Of a stretch of DNA of 64,000 bases, positions 35,301-47,592 are shown piece by piece. A program made the position numbers and the translations under genes. Under the pieces are notes generated by a model. That model was given only the letters and a program-made list of their open reading frames with translations, searched no databases and was not told where the DNA came from. The stretch covers positions 32,364,001 through 32,428,000 of the forward strand of contig NC_047062.1 of NCBI RefSeq assembly GCF_902459465.1, in the 5' to 3' direction. The number at the start of each line of letters is the position of its first letter. Positions within the stretch are counted from its first letter, which is position 1. Source of the DNA: Asterias rubens (Eukaryota).

Positions 35301-36276
35301 CTCACGTGACAGATTTCTAAAGATTGTTTACCATTTGGATCTGTATAGCCCCTGGCTCTATAACATTGGCAAGAGTATTCACATCACACATAACTTTAGG
35401 TATACAGTTTGCTGTGGTTGGAAAATCCCTATGAAAACTTTGCATGCAAATGCTAAAAATTTTTTTTTATATAGATATGAGTATACAAATTCGATTTGAT
35501 CTCGCGAGTCAAAGTTCAATGTTTGAAAACAGTGAAAACATTGGAATTGTACACCTTTTTGCCCTCGTGTCTGCATTGAACGATTGAGCTTAAACTTTCA
35601 CGGTGTCATTTCGTGTATATGTTGGGTAACATCACTGGTGAAGACCAGTCTTCTTTGGTGTATATCAACATTAATGCATAAAATAACAAACCAGTGAACA
35701 TTTGAACTCAATTTGTTGTCAAGGTGTGAGAGAATTATGGACGAAAAAACACACTTGTCGCACAGGAAATTCGAGACCTCGGCTGAGGTCTCGAATTCAA
35801 TTCAATTAGTGAGGAATTACCTCTTTCAGAGGCACTGTTTCTCACAATGTATTATACCATCAAAAGCTCTCCATTCCTCGTTACCAAGTAGTTTTTTTTT
35901 ATGCTAACAACTATTTTGAGTAATTACCAATAGCGTCCAGTGCCTTAAAGCAGAAAAAGTTACTCGCCCATTTCATGCTAGGCAAAATTTTGCAGGATAC
36001 CAGTCACATATTGTACGTCTTATGGTATTTTGCTGGTTAGAATAATTTCAGTCACCCACATCGTTTGTAAACTAATAACTTTGATTTGCTATAATTTTCC
36101 CGCATTCTGGACACTTGCTCCTTTTCCTGCTTTGAATGGATATGGTTTTGTTTGTACTTGTTTATGCCCGGATGAAGAAGATCCAGTACCTACTAATATT
36201 TATATTATATAAATTACAAACTATTATTTGCCTCAGCTCATGTTTTCACGGTTTGGATTGTGTGTTTTTTGTACAG

Positions 36277-37448
36277 TTGACGCTGGACTGGTCGACCGAT
36301 CTATTCGGATGTATGGAAGATGAACATACTTGTGAGTAGTTCAAATTATTGAGGATATACGCCACACAGTGGCAATGCCATGGTCGCGTAACATATCAGT
36401 TACCAACCCTTAACCCCAACCCAACCCAATCGCCACCCTCCTATAAACATCTGTGGATTATTTCTCTCACGAAACACTTTACTTATGCTAGGTGTCAGTC
36501 GGACTGAAGGAATATGCGGTGATGAATGGGGCTTTTTCATTTTTTGTTACAAGGAGAAACAAGTCGAAGACTTACTTTTTAGTGACTGCTCTATAGTATG
36601 TGCCAAAAACCAACTGATGATATTACGGTCGGGGTTAAGGTTCAGCAGGATGTCGAAACTATAGGGGCCTATACGGTAATCGAAACGATGCGTTTAGAAA
36701 GTCTCATTTCAAAGCTATTAGGCCGACTGCATGTAAATATATTTTAATTGCGACAACCAAATAATGATCTGATTAAAAACACACTTTGCTGCTCAACTAT
36801 TCGTTCTCTAAACTCATGTGTTTGATTTGTTCTTGTGTTTTGGCTGATGATTATTACAGGTTTATTGGGAGCGTTTTGTGGTCCATGCTTAGCGTGTTCT
36901 CTTGCCCGGCAGCTTGGGGAATCGTGGCTGGTCGTTGCGTGTGTGCCCGGTGGCGTCACAGCGTTACGAACTAAACTCAGGATGCAACAGAACGTCGAGG
37001 TGCGAATCTCATTCTTTCCCCAATATCTTAATTGCATGAACCTGCTTTAATAAAGTTGCATGCAAACAAAAAAAGGGGGAGTGCTCGTACTTGTTTGCTT
37101 GTCTGTTGCTTACTTGGTATATTTTAATTCATTGAAACAAAAATAAAAATTACGAAAAGGGTCTTTAATCGATCAAGCTTATAAATCAAATAAATCACCA
37201 ACAGCTGCCTTTAAGAATGATCCAAACTTGGTTGATTATATTTGGGATAATATTGATGTAGTGTAAAATTGATTTTGTCTATGTAGGGCTTACTGAGTGA
37301 AAGTCCATTATTTGATTGTGATTTGTTATCTCTTTAATTTAAGGGTTCTGTTTGTGATGACTGTCTGAAATTAACTTGCTGTTGCCCTCTGGCCCTTTGC
37401 CAGATGGCTCGTGAGTTGGATAATGCAGAGATAGGCCGTGTGGGGTGA
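36277..37448 (+). CDS. Cornifelin/PLAC8-family cysteine-rich protein; start exon(s) unresolved
   Basis: Exons 36277-36331, 36860-36999 and 37344-37448 splice in phase to LTLDWSTDLFGCMEDEHT-CLLGAFCGPCLACSLARQLGESWLVVACVPGGVTALRTKLRMQQNVE-GSVCDDCLKLTCCCPLALCQMARELDNAEIGRVG*. The WSTxLFGC and ALCQMAREL motifs are PLAC8-domain hallmarks. Confidence 0.9.
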
Positions 37449-38425
37449 CAAGAACCAGGCTACCACTTCATGATGCCATCATCCCAAAATAAATCCTAAG
37501 GTCGACAGACAGGTGCCCAATGTCATAGAGCTGCTTAGGCAAAAAAATATTGCTTAGTGATTGTCTGCTAAGCAGAAATAAGCAGGATACCAGTCACAAA
37601 TTGTGCTTGTGACATATAGTAGTTTGGCTGCAGCCGATTTCACAAAATGCTAAGATTAATCCTATCTCGAGTTAGGACGAGTTACCTGTCCTAACTTAGG
37701 ATGGGTTCAATGCGCCCTCACGTCTTTGGATATGGAATTTAACTCGTTCCAAGTCCTAAGATTAATCCCGAGTTAGAAAGAGTTTGTAGAAATAGACAAC
37801 TGGTAACCCTATTCCAGTAAGCCTGATTTTTTTATGCTTGGCTACTTTTTGTGATTAAGCTAAGGAGCTCTATGAAATTGGCTCCAGAATTGTACATAAA
37901 TATTTGGAAACAGCAACAACTTTGTACATTTTGTACAGATGCCAGACTTAACTTTAATATGACTTAATGAAGACATCCTCGTATTCAACACTGTGGAAAA
38001 TAATGTATGCCTTAACTTTGTTTTTAATACATGTTTAAAAGTTGTCAATACATGTCAACGGGTCTTCACTTTTTTATTAAAATAATTTGTTAACAAATTT
38101 AGGGAGTTGCTTTTAAAGATTTTATCTTTAAAAAAAGAATATGCATGTTGCCCATTAAATTTAACCAAATGTCTGGCACAAAGCCTTCTTTGGTCACAAA
38201 GAGAATGCTCAATTAAAAATTCCTCTGACTACATCTAGTGTTGCTATCACATACTTAATTGAGATTTCTGTAGGTGTGTTTATCTTCTCTTTATGCAACT
38301 AATATAAGAAAGTTTGCCCGTTTTCAACATGTGCGTTGTCTAATTGTAAAACTAAACTTCTTTCAGATACCATTTCCCATGGAAAAACTCCCCCAACCCA
38401 ACTCCAAACATATCCTCTCATACCC

Positions 38426-38603
38426 TAGCCTTTTGTCAAGGCCTTCGTAGCTCGGAAAGCTTTGTAATACCACTATCCCCAGTGACTGGAAGGGGAGAGT
38501 GGCGGCAGTTGCTACTTGACTCGAGTGTAAGGTCTCCTCTCCAGTCGCTTGGGATCACTGCTCTCAAAGCTGTTCAAGCCAAGAGAGCCTTGACAAAAGG
38601 CTA
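38426..38603. mobile_element. MITE with TIR tagccttttgtcaaggc
   Basis: A 17-bp perfect inverted terminus at 38426 and 38603. Confidence 0.75.
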
Positions 38604-38940
38604 CTTCGTCGTGTGCCCGGCAAAAGGGCGTAAGGCCTTACGCCCTTTTGCCGGGAACATAAAGTAGTTCGTCCCAGTAACAAAAGGACGTAAGCAACAA
38701 AATGGCTCCTGACATGAAAAATATGTCATTTTTGTTTGTTCTTTTGCTAGAATTACCCTGAAGACATGTTTCCCCATTCCCCATGCAGAATTTAACCTTT
38801 CTAGAATGACTTTTGCATGGCAACAAATTTACCAAACTTTCCCGCTCATAATTCTTGAAACACAAATTTTAACATAAATTGCTTACGTCCTTCTGCCGGG
38901 AACTTTCCCTTACGTCCTTTTGCCGGGCACACGACGACTT
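38604..38940. mobile_element. Foldback-type element with repeated subterminal ccggcaaaaggacgtaag motifs
   Basis: TIR gtcgtgtgcccggcaaaagg.cgtaagg / ccttacgtccttttgccgggcacacgac, including a perfect 40-bp palindrome at 38616-38655. Confidence 0.8.
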
Positions 38941-40107
38941 ATTCCCCAGTGCATCTCACTTTCCATAAAACTGGAACTTTTCGATGTAAATAAAAGCTGT
39001 TTATAGACTGTAAATATACAATTAATAAATACAAAACAAATCTTAAAATGACATATAGTAAAACCTGAGGTAATAAAAACTAAACAGGAAAATTTCCTAA
39101 AGTCTTGTTATTCAAAACAATGCGCAGTAGATTGTGTAATAATGTAGATGTATCAGGCCTCAAAATAGCAAATAGTGCATTAACCCTTAGGTGCACAGAT
39201 TTATTGTTAAAAGACAAAAAAAGAACATGTTCAATCGTGTTTTTCTCATAATTGTTCAATGGCACCCCCTGTTGAACATCACACCAACGAAAGCTCAACA
39301 TTCGCTCGAAACAATCGAATGAAGGCGGTATATTTAGGGGTTGTAGTTTTAAGTTTTGACTTTTTATAAAAGTCCAATTTGGCGTGTTTTTGGTGGTCGT
39401 TACCAACCGCCTTGTGGACGAACGGGTTAAGCGCTTATTCAACCCTACTAACAATTCAATACATAAACCCATGATCATATTGAAGGTAGGTTGAGTAGTC
39501 TAAGAACATCTGAGCTAATCTGTAAATTTTCTATAAAACAACAAAAATGTGAAAATGGTCCTCAATGATTTTGTCTGTATAAAGTAATCATAAATAAAAA
39601 GTTCACTACTATGCAGCTAATGTCTGTTTCATTTTAATAATATAGACGAAGAATTTCTCTTCCATAAACACTGCTGAACATAATAAGCAAAGTAAAAGGC
39701 AGTTCTTGCAAACTGATGAGTGATTTAACAATGTTAATCCATTGTAACTGTGAAACACACACTTTCAAAACTCAATTATGAAATACATGTATGTTTCTCT
39801 AATATTGAGTGGTCAGATACAAAAGGAGCGTTGACTGTGTATTGTGAACATGCATGCACCACATGATATCAAAAGGATTGCATGCTGGCCTAGTTTTCAA
39901 AACCACAGTGGATGGTATTGAATGGTCAGACAGTAGGAGGGTTGACTGTGTACTGTGTTGATGGAGTCACCACATGATATTATTATAACAGGCTGGCATA
40001 GTTTATCACTTAAAAACTATAGCAGATTGGTATTGAGCGATCAGACAGTACGGTCAATCAATTTAATAATAACCTTAAAATACCCAATGTCTCTGTGAAA
40101 CTTTTCA

Positions 40108-43100
40108 TCAGCCATCCTGAAGCAGTAAGTTTGTTGCCATGGATACATTGTTGTGTGTTGCTAGGAGAGCCTGCACCACAGCACCTCGATTGAATCCCAT
40201 GTCCGTTAATTGTTGAACCTGGAAGTAGTTCAAAATAAAAATATATAAATGAAGATGTACACAATAAAAGTAATATCTAACCCAGAACAGACTGGACAAC
40301 GGCCTTAAAACCGACATGATGGCCTAAACATTTCATTTCAAAAGTTTTTTTAAAAATAACCCCTAAAGGAATACACAATCTGAGAAGCGTTATCTCAGAT
40401 CACATTACTTCGTAGTGAAATGTTTCTCAAAATGCTTTGTACCACCAAGCACTGCTGTAGGCTTCTAGTCATAGGTTTGTATTGCCATTATTTTTAAGAG
40501 TGGCTACTAAACGTAAACCTTCCCTTTAAAGGATTGGTAGAGCTGACAACATAGTCGCAGACAGTGTTCATGTTTTGTGGGATCAACTTTTAAACTTAAC
40601 GTAACTAAATTGCATTTATAAAGCACTTTAACACTTTTATCAAGTGCTTTAACACTGCGATCAACCATATACATGTGGCACACCTGTGCAATTTGGGCTT
40701 AATCTTAATTCAGAGGTAAGGTCAGTCGTTTCGTAACAAAAACTTTAAAACTTCCCAATCCCAAATGCAGTGGGCCCCTTCATGGCAATGTGCCCCCCTC
40801 CCCATCAAACACAAGAAGTTCTCTGTGTGCTTGCCAAACTCACGGTACTTACGTGTTCCTCTGGTATTGAGTTTGTATCTCGGCTTGTGCTTGGCTGGTT
40901 AGGGGACGCCTGGCCGTTAGAGGGCGCTGTTCCAGGCAATGTGTCTGGAGTGTCTCCTTTAGCAAAGTAAAGTATTTCAAATTTTTACTGGAAATGTTAG
41001 AGCCCATTTTTTTGGAAGTTGTGGCGTGGCATGTCATGGTCAAATGGTCAAGCACACTTGACCCAAGCATTCATATTTCTGATTAGTAGAGTGTCGGGTT
41101 CGAGTCCTGGTCTTGACACTTGTAAGCCAAGGCACTTGACCATGGTCAAGTGTACTAGACTCGAGCTCTGGTGTTTCTGATCAGCAGAGTATGAGTTCAA
41201 GTCCCAGTCTCGACACATGTGTTAATTAGCACGACACTTAACCATTATTGATTCGTCTTTCGAATGAGACATAAAGCTAAAGGGCCTGTACTGTATGTTG
41301 TTTAATGCACCTATACGAACCCAGTTACATTGTACACTTTATCGCTAAGAGGAGGGGTCTGCCCAAGTGTTTCTGGCAGTAGTGGCTGCTGAGTGCAGTG
41401 CAGCACCTTGTAAACCTTTAATTTGTAACAACTTCAAAACCGGTCGTAAAATGTGTTTCTCCTTTCTCAAGTGCCTTGAGCATCTTATCTTTTTGGTGGA
41501 TAAGTGCGCTGTAAGACTCCAATATCTTCATTAATACCAAATTCGTAATACTGGTTAATGTTCTGTATTTGAACCTACCAGTGTTACTAGCGGGGTTGCG
41601 GCGTTGTCTGAACATTGATGCTAAGCTGCCTGATGACCTCGCTGCAAGAGGAGCACTCTGTAGATCAAACGATAGAGTGAAGAAACAATAATGTTAACTG
41701 ATTGAAATAAGTCTAGAGCATCAAATACAAGTTCTGAGTAATTATACTCCAACCATGCAAAGTTTGGAATCCTACTCAACTTACAATGGTCGGCCGTTGT
41801 CTGAATGCTTCTCCTCTCTGCCTTGCCTGCTGCCTGTACTGCCTGGCCTGGGCAAACATCATCTGCTGTTCAATTAGATCCATTCTCTGTTGCCTCTGTA
41901 GCTCTAATGTTGCACCCATTGGTAGAGTGACATCCCCTGGAGGTTTGGACCTCAGGATGGGGCCTAGGACAGTAGCTGCCAGGCGGCTTAAGGGGTTAGG
42001 AATCCGAAGCCAGGATTGAAGACGGAGGAAGTTGGAACGATACAGGAGGCCCGATAAGAGGCCACATCCAACAACGAGAATGGATTGGGTCGACTGGGCC
42101 AATATCTGGTTTGACAACATAGGGGATATGAGAGATACATGGAATGACAAACAAGTCTCTTGGGTTGCTAGATAAAATACAAGAAACGTTTCACTGTGCT
42201 TTTGTTGGTAAACAAATAAACTTGTGCCATGACACGGCCTAGCAGTTAAGAGCACCGGATTCAAGCTCTGGTGTTTCTGATCAGCAGAATGTGGGTTTGA
42301 GCCCCGGTCGTGACACTTGTGTCCTGAAGCAAGACACTTAACCATGATTGCTTCGTAAAGTGGGGGAGGTAGTGCTTTCTGCTCTACCAACCAGGCTTCT
42401 GATGGATGATACCCGAGCCTACATACATATATGGACTGTAAAGGGGGTAACCCTGTTTTATCACCAGGAGTAGGTGGCAATGGCCCCTGGAAAATTGGTT
42501 GATTAAAAACTACACCTTGAGTGGCCTTCAGGCCTTGTGTGTCTGGCGACTCAAATAAAAAATGTTGTATAATATTATGCTATAAAAAGGTACTTACTTG
42601 TAATCCAACAATGTAGACGAACCATTTGCCACTTAGTACGTGGCTAGCAATATTTTGTACAGTAAGGTAGGGCAGGTCAAAGAAGAATGGTACAAACATT
42701 GACACAACAACACCAGTCCTGAAAACATCAAACAGAAAAGAGGCAAATTTATGTAAAACTACTGTTAAAGGAAACCTATAACTTTGGTTTTTGGAGCCGT
42801 TTAATTGTTTTAAAACTGTGTTGTAGATTTATACAATGAAACTATCCTGTGAAAATATCTTTTACAAAGGATGGTAGTAATTTTCAAATATCGCCGAAGA
42901 AGCCGAGCAGTTATCTGTCCAGACAGGAAGAATAATTGGTAATTGGAAAAGAGAGTCTGAGAAACATTTCTGACAGTAGCGTTTCTCAGATTCAAAGTTT
43001 GTGGGTTAAAAACTGAAATCTTTTCCATAACCAGTTGCTCGGAAGTGAAACGATTCTAAAAAATATGGCATGTATCTATTGAAAGCTGCTGTACTTTCTA

Positions 43101-46100
43101 ACCTTGTAAGTTTGTATTGCCATTATTTTAAGAGTGACTACCAAACCTTGTATACCTTCCCATTAATACAGGACACTGCTAAAAGGGGGCGCGTCAAAGC
43201 GACGTCACTTTGTAGTTTATTCCAGTACTTGTATCCAATGCGCTCCTTAAAATTTAAAGACTTTTAAATCCAGTACATTACAGCTGACCATGGAAATTTT
43301 ACAAAAGCAGCTAAAAGTATTTTTTTTTCCAACAGTTTTTTAAACCTTTAAAACACTCACGGTCCTGGGGTCCAGTGGATTGGTATGCTCCCTTGTTGAT
43401 AGTTCTGCACAGCGAAGAGTGCAGCGACCTCTAAACATGTCGTCAAAACACCATTGGCAAGCAAATACGACTGAAAATTAAAAAACAAAATTTTACATTA
43501 AAAAGTAACTCAACATTTGTTCCCCTTTCTTATGTAGAATGTTTTGAAGAAAAAAAAAGGTTTACAACTCTTAACCACTGTGGAAGACAAGGGAATAATT
43601 ATGAAGTTCAAGTGGTAGGTACATGCTGCCTTGACCCTCCTACTCTTGTTACATTTTCCCTACTACTTGAAACCATACAGTTGAAAGGGCTACATAGAAC
43701 TAACAGTTTATATGTGTGTGTATCAAATTGTAAGCTGGCATTATGTATCTGTCATTCCAAACAGTGGACATTGAATAGTCAAATTGTGGCAGGGTTGACT
43801 GTGTATTGTGTAGATGCATTTACTGCACAATTTCTTTCATTTCAATACATTTATTTCAATGTTGCCATAAAGTTACATTTGTGCACATCATTAAAGTTAA
43901 TATACATGGTAATGAATAAATAATGGCAAACCATAGATGCAGTAAAGACAATAACAAGTTACAACGAAGTTGAGTAAATAATGACAAACAGGACAATATC
44001 AATAAATAGGCTGGCATAGTCACTTAGAACCAGAGTGGATGATATTGAATGGTCAGACAGTAGGAGGGTTGACTTACTGTACAGATCTGTACAGTATGCA
44101 TCCACTGCATATCATATTGCAGGCTGCTATAGTTCATCTTTCATTCAAAACCACAGTGAAAGATACTGAATGGTCAGACAGTAGGAGTGTTTAAACAGAC
44201 CAAACCATTCAGCTTCTTCCTTAAATGCACTGACCAATCACCACTGCAGACACAAACCCCAATACCCCACCAAAATCTGAACACCTTCAAATCCCATAAG
44301 AAAATGAAAGCGCGCTCTGGCTACTTGGTTGATGCTACAACCACTACCATTGGTTGAAAGTTGCTATGATGGGAGGGGCTTAGAGTATTGGTACCAACTC
44401 ACTGCAAACTTTGTTGATCCGTAGCGTTTTTCAAATACTCGGAAGTTGTACATCAGCAGCAAACCAAGAAGAAGATTCCTCGTGTCCAAGAATACCATCT
44501 TGCTGGTTACAAGACGCCATATCTAAAAGCAGCAAAAATATAAAATTATGACATAGTTTATAATCAGTATGCACAAAATTATCACCTGAAATTATAAAAC
44601 TATGGGCCATGTCACAACAGGCAAGTTAAAGGTAACCAGTTCCAGGCCATCTCAAAGAAGAAAAGTCATTCACATTTGAGTGCTCACTTTTTCTCAATGG
44701 GGTCATAAGACATTGTTTGAAAAATTACTCGAGTGCTACCGAGGTGGTCCTGCAGTGTTCCTTGACCTATGGTCTTTCTGAATCTTACTGTGTGGGACGT
44801 TCGGATTCTGGGATTCAGGCTTATGAACACAATGAAAGTGGATGTCTTGTTTTTGAAAGGGCAGTGGCTTTTTCTGCTTGATCAAGGGCACCCCATGAGG
44901 AAATTGTAAGTTTTTGACTGGATCATTTCAAGGGCACCAAGGCAGTGTCCATGGGGGCATGGAGGTAATCGGCTTTGTTGCCTCCGTGAAGTATCAGGCC
45001 TGCACAATGGCTATGACTGGGTTGCTTAAAAGGCTTAGTGTCATTGTAGCCGACAGCCTTAACCACACGAACGTGTTTGTTTGTTTGTTTGTTTGAATGA
45101 TCTTCCCATCGAGGGAACTCGGCAACCCAAAAGGAGATGTAAACACCAAGCTGGCAACAGCCAATCTCTCTCATACCAACATTGGTTGAAGGTCTATGAT
45201 TATAAGTTACACAAATCAAGAAATTGTGATTAATTAAGTAACTAGACGACAATATTTATTCTAGTCATTGTGAAAACAGTGGTTAGCTGAGGGGATTCGA
45301 ACCCACAACCTTCCTTTTGATTGCAAGTCCTGCAGTCTAACCACTTGACCACGGTAACCAACTTGGCCCAGACACCCCCCCCCCCTGACTTACTTCTAGC
45401 TTCTCCGTCAATGATTCCGTTGTATAAGCAAAGAACTGCTGGTAGCTTGGCCCAGACCCCCTACCCCTCCCCCTTCTCTGACTTACCTCTAGCTTCTCCA
45501 TCAATGATTCCGTTGTATAAGCAAAGAACTGCTAGTATTAAAGCTTGGCCCAGACCCCCTACCCCTCCCCCTTCTCTGACTTACCTCTAGCTTCTCCATC
45601 AATGATTCCGTTGTATAAGCAAAGAACTGCTAGTATTAAAGCTTGGCCCAGACCCCCTACCCCTCCCCCTTCTCTGACTTACCTCTAGCTTCTCCATCAA
45701 TGATTCCGTTGTATAAGCAAAGAACTGCTGGTAGCTTGGACCAAGGATAAACAGAAGGACTGATAGACAACCCACACAGGAAAGAAACCCCTTGCTGACT
45801 GGAGTTTTATCTGAGATCAAAAACAGATTATCAGCTGATTAGTCAAGTTCAAGTAAAAGTTTAGCATACTATTACTACCGCACCACAAGCTTATTAAAAA
45901 CATACCTGGTAATAAAAACTTACTTGGTTTAGTACAGCAGGATAATAGTTATAAAAAAAAAACGTTATTAATTTCAAGCAATTTGAAAATCATTTTAATT
46001 TGATTTGAAGAAATATCAGTGGTTATCCCTCAAAAGTTGAATCTGAGAAGCATTATTGAAACGATACAGTAGTGTCTGTCAATCATATTGTGTATTCCAA

Positions 46101-46609
46101 TTACACAGATTATTCCGGCATAACTACTAACGTTTATTGCGAATAGCAAAATATCATAATCAAGAGGGGGGGGGGGCTGTTGTGTTGAATTGAACCCACA
46201 CAGAGATGTAGGACATGCGTGCACACGCCATGGGTCGTCAAATGCCCCCTCTGCCGACCCACAAAGCATTTTGCCGTTCTGAATCGCGAAATCGCAGATC
46301 AGATTCTTCATTTTTGGAACCTGCTGTGAATTTGTGATACTAATTATGGTTAATAATATAATTCCATAAAATGAATGGAGTGGAGAAGTTAATTTGTGCA
46401 CACTGTGTCACTTGTGTCCGGTGCTGTGCTGGGTGCCTGTGTGTGTAGTGTTTTTTATGTGTATTAATTATGTGAACCAACTCGACTCACTCCCACTTCC
46501 CATTCAATTGTACACAATCGCAGTCCCATTTACTAATCAATCCACACACAACAGTTTTCGTGGCGAGAAAATACTCACAAAATCCAAAGTTACTGTACTG
46601 CGACCACAT
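40108..46609 (-). CDS. UBAC2: UBA domain-containing protein 2 (rhomboid-like pseudoprotease plus UBA), 9 exons, 374 aa
   Basis: Exons 46609-46579, 45810-45683, 44522-44403, 43470-43361, 42718-42598, 42105-41785, 41657-41579, 40956-40853 and 40218-40108; total 1125 nt with consistent phases. Motifs: YKTPVSKG, IWRLVTSK...YNFRVFEKRYGSTKFA, MGATLELQRQQRMDLIEQQMMF and the UBA domain PEEHVQQLTDMGFNRGAVVQALLATHNNVSMATNLLL. Confidence 0.96.
45362..45735 (-). repeat. Tandem repeat (98, 98, 93 bp) of the UBAC2 exon-2 3' end, its donor and a G-rich intron start
   Basis: CAGTTCTTTGCTTATACAACGGAATCATTGATGGAGAAGCTAGAG|gtaagtcag, with exon-end positions at 45683, 45585, 45487 and 45394 (the last copy has two substitutions). 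Confidence 0.95.
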
Positions 46610-46990
46610 CTTCGATTCCCCACATCCAATGTCACTTTTTATTCCAGAAATCTAACAAATGTTGTAGTTTTTCTTTCATAAAATTAAAGCGATCACAACC
46701 TTTTGATCACCGGCGATGCTCCCGATCGCAGTTTTTCCCCTTTTCTGAGAAAAGCCAGGTCCTTCAATTGCCTAGCTCATTTCTCTTAGTGCGTTGAAGT
46801 CTGGGTACACTTTATATTTGAGTCTGAGAGATAAAACACCACCGATGAGGGCGCTGTTTATTATTTTCTTAATTTGACTCAAATCAAGAGTAGAGGCAGA
46901 GAAAAAGAGCAAAGTTCTCTACGTTTGTTTCATCTAGTTCCAGTTCGATTGTTGTCCCATCCTTGCTCTGTCAGCCATTGGTGTAAATAT
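46610..46990. promoter_or_regulatory. Putative bidirectional promoter / 5' ends of UBAC2 (-) and the first ZDHHC gene (+)
   Basis: The UBAC2 ATG is at 46609. A + strand donor gtaagt at 46991 and an acceptor tcctccacag at 47583, nine bases before the ZDHHC ATG, define a likely 5'-UTR intron. Confidence 0.55.
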
Positions 46991-47592
46991 GTAAGTATCC
47001 GTATTAAAAAAATATGTAAAGTGTTTTGTGTTACAGGTTTAAAAAAAATATATTTCGTTTTACGGTTTTAATTTAACAACATGCTGAGTTGCTGAACTAT
47101 GAACCAGGGGAGGTAGAATTTCTACTCTAGAAACAGAACATGCGGGGGGGGGGGGGGGGGTCACATATAGATCAGGGGAATGCCGTCAGAAACGGCCATT
47201 TATACAAATTATGATGATATAGGTTTAGAGAGTTGATTACTACATTTGAATCCTCTCGCTAAGTATTAGTACTTAAGCTAACCGCTGACCTTCACAATGA
47301 CTAGAATTGAATATGAGTGTACTGTTGTCTACTCTGTCTGACTCTCTACTTCTGTCCTAGCTAGTGTAGTTACTGAACCACAATTGATTTGTGCAATTCA
47401 TTAAATCGCCATAGGAATTATCGTTGGAGGTCAGCGTTTTCCTATTCTACACCCTATACAGTTGTTCACTTTTTCAAATCAAAGTGAACAAACTATATTA
47501 AGTTGTGGTAAAGTTAAACTTTAACTGTTCAACCAAATCTAGTACCATGTTTTTTTAATTGTAATCGTGTTGTTCCTCCACAGACCCTAAAG

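Noticed and set aside
39080-39478. 132-aa - strand ORF
   Set aside because: No recognisable motifs. It lies downstream of the UBAC2 stop and is probably UTR or intergenic.
42106-42480. N-terminal half of the 234-aa ORF 41776-42480
   Set aside because: It reads through intron and SINE sequence. Only 42105-41785 is UBAC2 exon 6.
45281-45359. tRNA-like sequence on the - strand (A and B boxes, GGTTCGAATCC)
   Set aside because: The acceptor and anticodon stems pair poorly and the variable region has an insertion. It resembles SINE heads seen elsewhere (about 735-790, 52630-52680, 55440-55495).
46030-46401. 123-aa ORF in UBAC2 intron 1 as a possible alternative exon
   Set aside because: From the candidate acceptor, the frame required by exon 1 hits a stop, and there is no good donor.
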